Assembly (NCBI RefSeq): GCF_009914755.1
Contig: NC_060934.1
Length of the DNA stretch: 64,000 nucleotides
Reading direction: 5' to 3' (one strand)
DNA from: the human T2T-CHM13v2.0 reference genome, Homo sapiens
The notes under the pieces were generated by a model. It did not search any database, was not told where the DNA came from, and saw nothing but the letters and a program-made list of their open reading frames with translations. Positions 11,995-24,400 of the stretch are shown here, piece by piece (position 1 is the stretch's first letter; each line of letters opens with the position of its first letter). The position numbers were made by a program, and so were the translations under genes.

Positions 11995-14900
11995 GAATTC
12001 TCAGTAAATCCTTTGTGTTGTGTGTATTCAACTCACAGAGTGGAACCTTCCTTTATTCAGAGCAGTTTTGAAAAACACTTTTTGTGGAATTTGCAAGTGG
12101 AGATTTCAAGCGATTTGACGCCAATCTTAGACATGGAAATATCTTCATATTAAAAGTACACAGAGTCATTCGTAGAAACTAGTTTGTGATGTGTGCCTTC
12201 AACTCACAGAGTTTAACCTTTCTTTTCATAGAGCAGTTTGGAAACACTCTATTTGTAAAGTCTGCAAGTGGATATTTGGACCTCTTTGAGGCCTTCGTTG
12301 GAAACGGGATTTCTTCATACAACGCTAGACAGAAGAATTCTCAGTAACTTCTTTGTGTTGTGTGTATTCAACTCACAGAGTTGAACCTTTCTTTAGAGAG
12401 AGCAGAGTTGAAACACTCTGTTTTTGGAATTTGCAAGTGCAGATTTCAAGCGATTCTAGGCCTATGGCAGAAAAGGAAATATCTTCGTATAAAAACTACA
12501 CAGAATCATTCTCAACAACTACTTTGTGATGTGTGCGTTCAACTCACAGAGTTTAACCTTTCTTTTCATAGAGCAGTTTGGAAACACTCTGTTTGTAAAG
12601 CCTGCAAGTGCTTTTTTGGACTTCATTGAGGCCTTCGTTGGAAACGGGATTTCTTCATATAATGCTAGACAGAAGAATTCTCAGTCACTTCTTTGTGTTG
12701 TGTGTATTCAAGTCACAGAGTTGAACCTTCCTTTAGACAGAGCAGTTTTGAAAAATTCTTTCTGTGGAATTTGCAAGTGGAGATTTCAAGCGATTTGAGG
12801 CTAATCTTTGAAATGGAAATATCTTCGTGTAAAAACTACACAGAATCATTCTCAGAAACTGCTTTGTCATCTGTGCGTTCAGTTCACAGAGTTTCACCTT
12901 TCTCTTCATAGAGCAGTTTGGAAAGACTCTGTCTGTAAAGTCTGCAAGTGATTAGTTAGACCCCTTTGAGGCCTTCGTTGGAAGCGGGATTTCTCATTTA
13001 CTGCTAGACAGAAGAATTCTCAGTAAATCCTTTGTGTTGTGTGTATTCAACTCACAGAGTGGAACCTTCCTTTATTCAGAGCAGTTTTGAAACACTCTTT
13101 TTGTGGAATTTGCAAGTGGAGATTTCAAGCGATTTGACGCCAATCTTAGACATGGAAATATCTTCATATTAAAAGTACACAGAGTCATTCGTAGAAACTA
13201 GTTTGTGATGTGTGCCTTCAACTCACAGAGTTTAACCTTTCTTTTCATAGAGCAGTTGGGAAACACTCTATTTGTAAAGTCTGCAAGTGGATATTTGGAC
13301 CTCTTTGAGGCCTTCGTTGGAAACGGGATTTCTTCATATAACGCTAGACAGAAGAATTCTCAGTAACTTCTTTGTGTTGTGTGTATTCAACTCACAGAGT
13401 TGAACCTTTCTTTAGAGAGAGCAGAGGTGAAACACTCTTTTTGTGGAATTTGCTAGTTTAGATTTCAAACGCTTCGAAGACAGTGATAGAAAAGGATATA
13501 TCTTCGTATTAAAAGTAGACAAAATCATTCTCAGAAAACTCTTTGTGATGTGTGTGTTCAACTCACAGAATTTAACCTTTCTTTAATCGAGCAGTTTGGA
13601 AATACACTCTTTGTAAGTCTGCAGGTGGATATTTGGCCCTCTTTGAGCCCTTCGTTGGAAACGGGATTTCCTCATATAATGCTAGACAGAAGAATTCTCA
13701 GTAACTTCTTTGTGTTGTTTGTATTCAACACACAGATTTGAACCTTCCTTTAGAGAGAGCAGATTTGAAACACTCTGTTTTTGGAATTTGCAAGTGCAGA
13801 TTTCAAGCGCTTCTAGGCCTATGGCAGAAAAGGAAATATCTTCGTATAAAAACTACACAGAATCATTCTCAACAACTACTTTGTGATGTGTGCGTTCAAC
13901 TCACAGAGTTTAACCTTTCTTTTCATAGAGCAGTTTGGAAACACTCTGTTTGTAAAGCCTGCAAGTGCTTTTTTGGACTTCATTGAGGCCTTCGTTGGAA
14001 ACGGGATTTCTTCATATAATGCTAGACAGAAGAATTCTCAGTCACTTCTTTGTGTTGTGTGTATTCAAGTCACAGAGTTGAACCTTCCTTTAGACAGAGC
14101 AGTTTTGAAAAATTCTTTCTGTGGAGTTTGCAAGTGGAGATTTCCAGCGATTTGAGGCTAATCTTTGAAATGGAAATATCTTCGTGTAAAAACTACACAG
14201 AATCATTCTCAGAAACTGCTTTGTCATCTGTGCGTTCAGTTCACAGAGTTTCACCTTTCTCTTCATAGAGCAGTTTGGAAAGACTCTGTCTGTAAAGTCT
14301 GCAAGTGATTAGTTAGACCCCTTTGAGGCCTTCGTTGGAAGCGGGATTTCTCATTTACTGCTTGACAGAAGAATTCTCAGTATATCCTTTGTGTTGTGTG
14401 TATTCAACTCACAGAGTGGAACCTTCCTTTATTCAGAGCAGTTTTGAAAAACACTTTTTGTGGAATTTGCAAGTGGAGATTTCAAGCGATTTGACGCCAA
14501 TCTTAGACATGGAAATATCTTCATATTAAAAGTACACAGAGTCATTCGTAGAAACTAGTTTGTGATGTGTGCCTTCAACTCACAGAGTTTAACCTTTCTT
14601 TTCATAGAGCAGTTTGGAAACACTCTATTTGTAAAGTCTGCAAGTGGATATTTGGACCTCTTTGAGGCCTTCGTTGGAAACGGGATTTCTTCATACAACG
14701 CTAGACAGAAGAATTCTCAGTAACTTCTTTGTGTTGTGTGTATTCAATTCACAGAGTTGAACCTTTCTTTAGAGAGAGCAGAGTTGAAACAGTCTGTTTT
14801 TGGAATTTGCAAGTGCAGATTTCAAGCGATTCTAGGCCTATGGCAGAAAAGGAAATATATTCGTATAAAAACTACACAGAATCATTCTCAACAACTACTT

Positions 14901-16407
14901 TGTGATGTGTGCGTTCAACTCACAGAGTTTAACCTTTCTTTTCATAGAGCAGTTTGGAAACACTCTGTTTGTAAAGCCTGCAAGTGCTTTTTTGGACTTC
15001 ATTGAGGCCTTCATTGGAATCGGGAATTCTTCATATAATGCTAGACAGAAGAATTCTCAGTCACTTCTTTGTGTTGTGTGTATTCAAGTCACAGAGTTGA
15101 ACCTTCCTTTAGACAGAGCAGTTTTGAAAAATTCTTTCTGTGGAATTTGCAAGTGGAGATTTCAAGCGATTTGAGGCTAATCTTTGAAATGGAAATATCT
15201 TCGTGTAAAAACTACACAGAATCATTCTCAGAAACTGCTTTGTCATCTGTGCGTTCAGTTCACAGAGTTTCACCTTTCTCTTCATAGAGCAGTTTGGAAA
15301 GACTCTGTCTGTAAAGTCTGCAAGTGATTAGTTAGACCCCTTTGAGGCCTTCGTTGGAAGCGGGATTTCTCATTTACTGCTAGACAGAAGAATTCTCAGT
15401 AAATCCTTTGTGTTGTGTGTATTCAACTCACAGAGTGGAACCTTCCTTTATTCAGAGCAGTTTTGAAACACTCTTTTTGTGGAATTTGCAAGTGGAGATT
15501 TCAAGCGATTTGACGCCAATCTTAGACATGGAAATATCTTCATATTAAAAGTACACAGAGTCATTCGTAGAAACTAGTTTGTGATGTGTGCCTTCAACTC
15601 ACAGAGTTTAACCTTTCTTTTCATAGAGCAGTTGGGAAACACTCTATTTGTAAAGTCTGCAAGTGGATATTTGGACCTCTTTGAGGCCTTCGTTGGAAAC
15701 GGGATTTCTTCATATAACGCTAGACAGAAGAATTCTCAGTAACTTCTTTGTGTTGTGTGTATTCAACTCACAGAGTTGAACCTTTCTTTAGAGGGAGCAG
15801 AGGTGAAACACTCTTTTTGTGGAATTTGCTAGTGTAGATTTCAAACGCTTCGAAGACAGTGATAGAAAAGGATATATCTTCGTATTAAAAGTAGACAAAA
15901 TCATTCTCAGAAAACTCTTTGTGATGTGTGTGTTCAACTCACAGAGTTTAACCTTTCTTTAATCGAGCAGTTTGGAAATACACTCTTTGTAAGTCTGCAG
16001 GTGGATATTTGGCCCTCTTTGAGCCCTTCGTTGGAAACGGGATTTCCTCATATAATGCTAGACAGAAGAATTCTCAGTAACTTCTTTGTGTTGTTTGTAT
16101 TCAACACACAGATTTGAACCTTCCTTTAGAGAGAGCAGATTTGAAACACTCTGTTTTTGGAATTTGCAAGTGCAGATTTCAAGCGCTTCTAGGCCTATGG
16201 CAGTAAAGGAAATATCTTCGTATAAAAACTACACAGAATCATTCTCAACAACTACTTTGTGATGTGTGCGTTCAACTCATAGAGGTTAACCTTTCTTTTC
16301 ATAGAGCAGTTTGGAAACACTCTGTTTGTAAAGCCTGCAAGTGCTTTTTTGGACTTCATTGAGGCCTTCGTTGGAAACGAGATTTCTTCATATAATGCTA
16401 GACAGAA
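9280..16407 (+). repeat. Three consecutive 14-mers (ABD'+ABCD, 2376 bp each)
   Basis: D' at 9959, 12335, 14711 and C at 10978, 13354, 15730; exact 2376 spacing, matched by the ORF track (9984/12360/14736; 11174/13550/15926). Confidence 0.92.
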
Positions 16408-19400
16408 GAATTCTCAGTCACTTCTTTGTGTTGTGTGTATTCAAGTCACAGAGTTGAACCTTCCTTTAGACAGAGCAGTTTTGAAAAATTCTTTCTGTGG
16501 AGTTTGCAAGTGGAGATTTCAAGCGATTTGAGGCTAATCTTTGAAATGGAAATATCTTCGTGTAAAAACTACACAGAATCATTCTCAGAAACTGCTTTGT
16601 CATCTGTGCGTTCAGTTCACAGAGTTTCACCTTTCTCTTCATAGAGCAGTTTGGAAAGACTCTGTCTGTAAGTCTGCAAGTGATTAGTTAGACCCCTTTG
16701 AGGCCTTCGTTGGAAGCGGGATTTCTCATTTACTGCTAGACAGAAGAATTCTCAGTAACTTCTTTGTGTTGTGTGTATTCAACTCACAGAGTTGAACCTT
16801 TCTTTAGAGAGAGCAGAGTTGAAACACTCTGTTTTTGGAATTTGCAAGTGCAGATTTCAAGCGATTCTAGGCCTATGGCAGAAAAGGAAATATCTTCGTA
16901 TAAAAACTACACAGAATCATTCTCAACAACTACTTTGTGATGTGTGCGTTCAACTCACAGAGTTTAACCTTTCTTTTCATAGAGCAGTTTGGAAACACTC
17001 TGTTTGTAAAGCCTGCAAGTGCTTTTCCGGACTTCATTGAGGCCTTCGTTGGAAACGGGATTTCTTCATATAATGCTAGACAGAAGAATTCTCAGTCACT
17101 TCTTTGTGTTGTGTGTATTCAAGTCACAGAGTTGAACCTTCCTTTAGACAGAGCAGTTTTGAAAAATTCTTTCTGTGGAATTTGCAAGTGGAGATTTCAA
17201 GCGATTTGAGGCTAATCTTTGAAATGGAAATGTCTTCGTGTAAAAACTACACAGAATCATTCTCAGAAACTGCTTTGTCATCTGTGCGTTCAGTTCACAG
17301 AGTTTCACCTTTCTCTTCATAGAGCAGTTTGGAAAGACTCTGTCTGTAAAGTCTGCAAGTGATTAGTTAGACCCCTTTGAGGCCTTCGTTGGAAGCGGGA
17401 TTTCTCATTTACTGCTAGACAGAAGAATTCTCAGTAAATCCTTTGTGTTGTGTGTATTCAACTCACAGAGTGGAACCTTCCTTTATTCAGAGCAGTTTTG
17501 TAACACTCTTTTTGTGGAATTTGCAAGTGGAGATTTCAAGCGATTTGACGCCAATCTTAGACATGGAAATATCTTCATATTAAAAGTACACAGAGTCATT
17601 CGTAGAAACTAGTTTGTGATGTGTGCCTTCAACTCACAGAGTTTAACCTTTCTTTTCATAGAGCAGTTGGGAAACACTCTATTTGTAAAGTCTGCAAGTG
17701 GATATTTGGACCTCTTTGAGGCCTTCGTTGGAAACGGGATTTCTTCATATAACGCTAGACAGAAGAATTCTCAGTAACTTCTTTGTGTTGTGTGTATTCA
17801 ACTCACAGAGTTGAACCTTTCTTTAGAGGGAGCAGAGGTGAAACACTCTTTTTGTGGAATTTGCTAGTGTAGATTTCAAACGCTTCGAAGACAGTGATAG
17901 AAAAGAATATATCTTCGTATTAAAAGTAGACAAAATCATTCTCAGAAAACTCTTTGTGATGTGTGTGTTCAACTCACAGAGTTTAACCTTTCTTTAATCG
18001 AGCAGTTTGGAAATACACTCTTTGTAAGTCTGCAGGTGGATATTTGGCCCTCTTTGAGCCCTTCGTTGGAAACGGGATTTCCTCATATAATGCTAGACAG
18101 AAGAATTCTCAGTAACTTCTTTGTGTTGTTTGTATTCAACACACAGATTTGAACCTTCCTTTAGAGAGAGCAGATTTGAAACACTCTGTTTTTGGAATTT
18201 GCAAGTGCAGATTTCAAGCGCTTCTAGGCCTATGGCAGAAAAGGAAATATCTTCGTATAAAAACTACACAGAATCATTCTCAACAACTACTTTGTGATGT
18301 GTGCGTTCAACTCACAGAGGTTAACCTTTCTTTTCAGAGAGCAGTTTGGAAACACTCTGTTTGTAAAGCCTGCAAGTGCTTTTTTGGACTTCATTGAGGC
18401 CTTCGTTGGAAACGAGATTTCTTCATATAATGCTAGACAGAAGAATTCTCAGTCACTTCTTTGTGTTGTGTGTATTGAAGTCACAGAGTTGAACCTTCCT
18501 TTAGACAGAGCAGTTTTGAAAAATTCTTTCTGTGGAGTTTGCAAGTGGAGATTTCAAGCAATTTGAGGCTAATCTTTGAAATGGAAATATCTTCGTGTAA
18601 AAACTACACAGAATCATTCTCAGAAACTGCTTTGTCATCTGTGCGTTCAGTTCACAGAGTTTCACCTTTCTCTTCATAGAGCAGTTTGGAAAGACTCTGT
18701 CTGTAAGTCTGCAAGTGATTAGTTAGACCCCTTTGAGGCCTTCGTTGGAAGCGGGATTTCTCATTTACTGCTAGACAGAAGAATTCTCAGTAACTTCTTT
18801 GTGTTGTGTGTATTCAACTCACAGAGTTGAACCTTTCTTTAGAGAGAGCAGAGTTGAAACACTCTGTTTTTGGAATTTGCAAGTGCAGATTTCAAGCGAT
18901 TCTAGGCCTATGGCAGAAAAGGAAATATCTTCGTATAAAAACTACACAGAATCATTCTCAACAACTACTTTGTGATGTGTGCGTTCAACTCACAGAGTTT
19001 AACCTTTCTTTTCATAGAGCAGTTTGGAAACACTCTGTTTGTAAAGCCTGCAAGTGCTTTTCCGGACTTCATTGAGGCCTTCGTTGGAAACGGGATTTCT
19101 TCATATAATGCTAGACAGAAGAATTCTCAGTCACTTCTTTGTGTTGTGTGTATTCAAGTCACAGAGTTGAACCTTCCTTTAGACAGAGCAGTTTTGAAAA
19201 ATTCTTTCTGTGGAATTTGCAAGTGGAGATTTCAAGCGATTTGAGGCTAATCTTTGAAATGGAAATGTCTTCGTGTAAAAACTACACAGAATCATTCTCA
19301 GAAACTGCTTTGTCATCTGTGCGTTCAGTTCACAGAGTTTCACCTTTCTCTTCATAGAGCAGTTTGGAAAGACTCTGTCTGTAAAGTCTGCAAGTGATTA

Positions 19401-20477
19401 GTTAGACCCCTTTGAGGCCTTCGTTGGAAGCGGGATTTCTCATTTACTGCTAGACAGAAGAATTCTCAGTAAATCCTTTGTGTTGTGTGTATTCAACTCA
19501 CAGAGTGGAACCTTCCTTTATTCAGAGCAGTTTTGTAACACTCTTTTTGTGGAATTTGCAAGTGGAGATTTCAAGCGATTTGACGCCAATCTTAGACATG
19601 GAAATATCTTCATATTAAAAGTACACAGAGTCATTCGTAGAAACTAGTTTGTGATGTGTGCCTTCAACTCACAGAGTTTAACCTTTCTTTTCATAGAGCA
19701 GTTGGGAAACACTCTATTTGTAAAGTCTGCAAGTGGATATTTGGACCTCTTTGAGGCCTTCGTTGGAAACGGGATTTCTTCATATAACGCTAGACAGAAG
19801 AATTCTCAGTAACTTCTTTGTGTTGTGTGTATTCAACTCACAGAGTTGAACCTTTCTTTAGAGGGAGCAGAGGTGAAACACTCTTTTTGTGGAATTTGCT
19901 AGTGTAGATTTCAAACGCTTCGAAGACAGTGATAGAAAAGGATATATCTTCGTATTAAAAGTAGACAAAATCATTCTCAGAAAATTCTTTGTGATGTGTG
20001 TGTTCAACTCACAGAGTTTAACCTTTCTTTAATCGAGCAGTTTGGAAATACACTCTTTGTAAGTCTGCAGGTGGATATTTGGCCCTCTTTGAGCCCTTCG
20101 TTGGAAACGGGATTTCCTCATATAATGCTAGACAGAAGAATTCTCAGTAACTTCTTTGTGTTGTTTGTATTCAACACACAGATTTGAACCTTCCTTTAGA
20201 GAGAGCAGATTTGAAACACTCTGTTTTTGGAATTTGCAAGTGCAGATTTCAAGCGCTTCTAGGCCTATGGCAGAAAAGGAAATATCTTCGTATAAAAACT
20301 ACACAGAATCATTCTCAACAACTACTTTGTGATGAGTGCGTTCAACTCACAGAGGTTAACCTTTCTTTTCAGAGAGCAGTTTGGAAACACTCTGTTTGTA
20401 AAGCCTGCAAGTGCTTTTTTGGACTTCATTGAGGCCTTCGTTGGAAACGAGATTTCTTCATATAATGCTAGACAGAA
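16408..20477 (+). repeat. Tandem duplication, unit 2035 bp (12-mer A D' A B C D), 2 copies
   Basis: Shared at +2035: 1-bp deletion CTGTAAGTC, TTTTCCGG (17027/19062), GAAATGTCT, TTTGTAACAC, TTTTCAGAGA. Confidence 0.9.
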
Positions 20478-21496
20478 GAATTCTCAGTCACTTCTTTGTG
20501 TTGTGTGTGTTCAAGTCACAGAGTTGAACCTTCCTTTAGACAGAGCAGTTTTGAAAAATTCTTTCTGTGGAGTTTGCAAGTGGAGATTTCAAGCGATTTG
20601 AGGCTAATCTTTGAAATGGAAATATCTTCGTGTAAAAACTACACAGAATCATTCTCAGAAACTGCTTTGTCATCTGTGCGTTCAGTTCACAGAGTTTCAC
20701 CTTTCTCTTCATAGAGCAGTTTGGAAAGACTCTGTCTGTAAAGTCTGCAAGTGATTAGTTAGACCCCTTTGAGGCCTTCGTTGGAAGCGGGATTTCTCAT
20801 TTACTGCTAGACAGAAGAATTCTCAGTAAATCCTTTGTGTTGTGTGTATTCAACTCACAGAGTGGAACCTTCCTTTATTCAGAGCAGTTTTGAAAAACAC
20901 TTTTTGTGGAATTTGCAAGTGGAGATTTCAAGCGATTTGACGCCAATCTTAGACATGGAAATATCTTCATATTAAAAGTACACAGAGTCATTCGTAGAAA
21001 CTAGTTTGTGATGTGTGCCTTCAACTCAGAGAGTTTAACCTTTCTTTTCATAGAGCAGTTTGGAAACACTCTATTTGTAAAGTCTGCAAGTGGATATTTG
21101 GACCTCTTTGAGGCCTTCGTTGGAAACGGGATTTCTTCATACAACGCTAGACAGAAGAATTCTCAGTAACTTCTTTGTGTTGTGTGTATTCAACTCACAG
21201 AGTTGAACCTTTCTTTAGAGAGAGCAGAGTTGAAACACTCTGTTTTTGGAATTTGCAAGTGCAGATTTCAAGCGATTCTAGGCCTATGGCAGAAAAGGAA
21301 ATATCTTCGTATAAAAACTACACAGAATCATTCTCAACAACTACTTTGTGATGTGTGCGTTCAACTCACAGAGTTTAACCTTTCTTTTCATAGAGCAGTT
21401 TGGAAACACTCTGTTTGTAAAGCCTGCAAGTGCTTTTCCGGACTTCATTGAGGCCTTCGTTGGAAACGGGATTTCTTCATATAATGCTAGACAGAA

Positions 21497-24400
21497 GAAT
21501 TCTCAGTCACTTCTTTGTGTTGTGTGTATTCAAGTCACAGAGTTGAACCCTCCTTTAGACAGAGCAGTTTTGATAAATTCTTTCTGTGGAATTTGCAAGT
21601 GGAGATTTCAAGCGATTTGAGGCTAATCTTTGAAATGGAAATATCTTCGTGTAAAAACTACACAGAATCATTCTCAGAAACTGCTTTGTCATCTGTGCAT
21701 TCAGTTCACAGAGTTTCACCTTTCTCTTCATAGAGCAGTTTGGAAAGACTCTGTCTGTAAAGTCTGCAAGTGATTAGTTAGACCCCTTTGAGGCCTTCGT
21801 TGGAAGCGGGATTTCTCATTTACTGCTAGACAGAAGAATTCTCAGTAAATCCTTTGTGTTGTGTGCATTCAACTCACAGAGTGGAACCTTCCTTTATTCA
21901 GAGCAGTTTTGAAACACTCTTTTTGTGGAATTTGCAAGTGGAGATTTCAAGCGATTTGACGCCAATCTTAGACATGGAAATATCTTCATATTAAAAGTAC
22001 ACAGAGTCATTCGTAGAAACTAGTTTGTGATGTGTGCCTTCAACTCACAGAGTTTAACCTTTCTTTTCATAGAGCAGTTGGGAAACACTCTATTTGTAAA
22101 GTCTGCAAGTGGATATTTGGACCTCTTTGAGGCCTTCGTTGGAAACGGGATTTCTTCATATAACGCTAGACAGAAGAATTCTCAGTAACTTCTTTGTGTT
22201 GTGTGTATTCAACTCACAGAGTTGAACCTTTCTTTAGAGGGAGCAGAGGTGAAACACTCTTTTTGTGGAATTTGCTAGTGTAGATTTCAAACGCATCGAA
22301 GACAGTGATAGAAAAGGATATATCTTCGTATTAAAAGTAGACAAAATCATTCTCAGAAAACTCTTTGTGATGTGTGTGTTCAACTCACAGAGTTTAACCT
22401 TTCTTTAATCGAGCAGTTTGGAAATACACTCTTTGTAAGTCTGCAGGTGGATATTTGGCCCTCTTTGAGCCCTTCGTTGGAAACGGGATTTCCTCATATA
22501 ATGCTAGACAGAAGAATTCTCAGTAACTTCTTTGTGTTGTTTGTATTCAACACACAGATTTGAACCTTCCTTTAGAGAGAGCAGATTTGAAACACTCTGT
22601 TTTTGGAATTTGCAAGTGCAGATTTCAAGCGCTTCTAGGCCTATGGCAGAAAAGGAAATATCTTCGTATAAAAACTACACAGAATCATTCTCAACAACTA
22701 CTTTGTGATGTGTGCGTTCAACTCACAGAGGTTAACCTTTCTTTTCATAGAGCAGTTTGGAAACACTCTGTTTGTAAAGCCTGCAAGTGCTTTTTTGGAC
22801 TTCATTGAGGCCTTCGTTGGAAACGGGATTTCTTCATACAACGCTAGACAGAAGAATTCTCAGTAACTTCTTTGTGTTGTGTGTATTCAACTCACAGAGT
22901 TGAACCTTTCTTTAGAGAGAACAGAGTTGAAACACTCTGTTTTTGGAATTTGTAAGTGCAGATTTCAAGCGATTCTAGGCCTATGGCAGAAAAGGAAATA
23001 TCTTCGTATAAAAACTACACAGAATCATTCTCAACAACTACTTTGTGATGTGTGCGTTCAACTCACAGAGTTTAGCCTTTCTTTTCATAGAGCAGTTTGG
23101 AAACACTCTGTTTGTAAAGCCTGCAAGTGCTTTTTTGGACTTCATTGAGGCCTTCGTTGGAAACGGGATTTCTTCATATAATGCTAGACAGAAGAATTCT
23201 CAGTCACTTCTTTGTGTTGTGTGTATTCAAGTCACAGAGTTGAACCTTCCTTTAGACAGAGCAGTTTTGAAAAATTCTTTCTGTGTAATTTGCAAGTGGA
23301 GATTTCAAGCGATTTGAGGCTAATCTTTGAAATGGAAATATCTTCGTGTAAAAACTACACAGAATCATTCTCAGAAACTGCTTTGTCATCTGTGCGTTCA
23401 GTTCACAGAGTTTCACCTTTCTCTTCATAGAGCAGTTTGGAAAGACTCTGTCTGTAAAGTCTGCAAGTGATTAGTTAGACCCCTTTGAGGCCTTCGTTGG
23501 AAGCGGGATTTCTCATATACTGCTAGACAGAAGAATTCTCAGTAAATCCTTTGTGTTGTGTGTATTCAACTCACAGAGTGGAACCTTCCTTTATTCAGAG
23601 CAGTTTTGAAACACTCTTTTTGTGGAATTTGCAAGTGGAGATTTCAAGCGATTTGACGCCAATCTTAGACATGGAAATATCTTCATATTAAAAGTACACA
23701 GAGTCATTCGTAGAAACTAGTTTGTGATGTGTGCCTTCAACTCACAGAGTTTAACCTTTCTTTTCATAGAGCAGTTGGGAAACACTCTATTTGTAAAGTC
23801 TGCAAGTGGATATTTGGACCTCTTTGAGGCCTTCGTTGGAAACGGGATTTCTTCATATAACGCTAGACAGAAGAATTCTCAGTAACTTCTTTGTGTTGTG
23901 TGTATTCAACTCACAGAGTTGAACCTTTCTTTAGAGGGAGCAGAGGTGAAACACTCTTTTTGTGGAATTTGCTAGTGTAGATTTCAAACGCTTCGAAGAC
24001 AGTGATAGAAAAGGATATATCTTCGTATTAAAAGTAGACAAAATCATTCTCAGAAAACTCTTTGTGATGTGTGTGTTCAACTCACAGAGTTTAACCTTTC
24101 TTTAATCGAGCAGTTTGGAAATACACTCTTTGTAAGTCTGCAGGTGGATATTTGGCCCTCTTTGAGCCCTTCGTTGGAAACGGGATTTCCTCATATAATG
24201 CTAGACAGAAGAATTCTCAGTAACTTCTTTGTGTTGTTTGTATTCAACACACAGATTTGAACCTTCCTTTAGAGAGAGCAGATTTGAAACATTCTGTTTT
24301 TGGAATTTGCAAGTGCAGATTTCAAGCGATTCTAGGCCTATGGCAGAAAAGGAAATATCTTCGTATAAAAACTACACAGAATCATTCTCAACAACTACTT

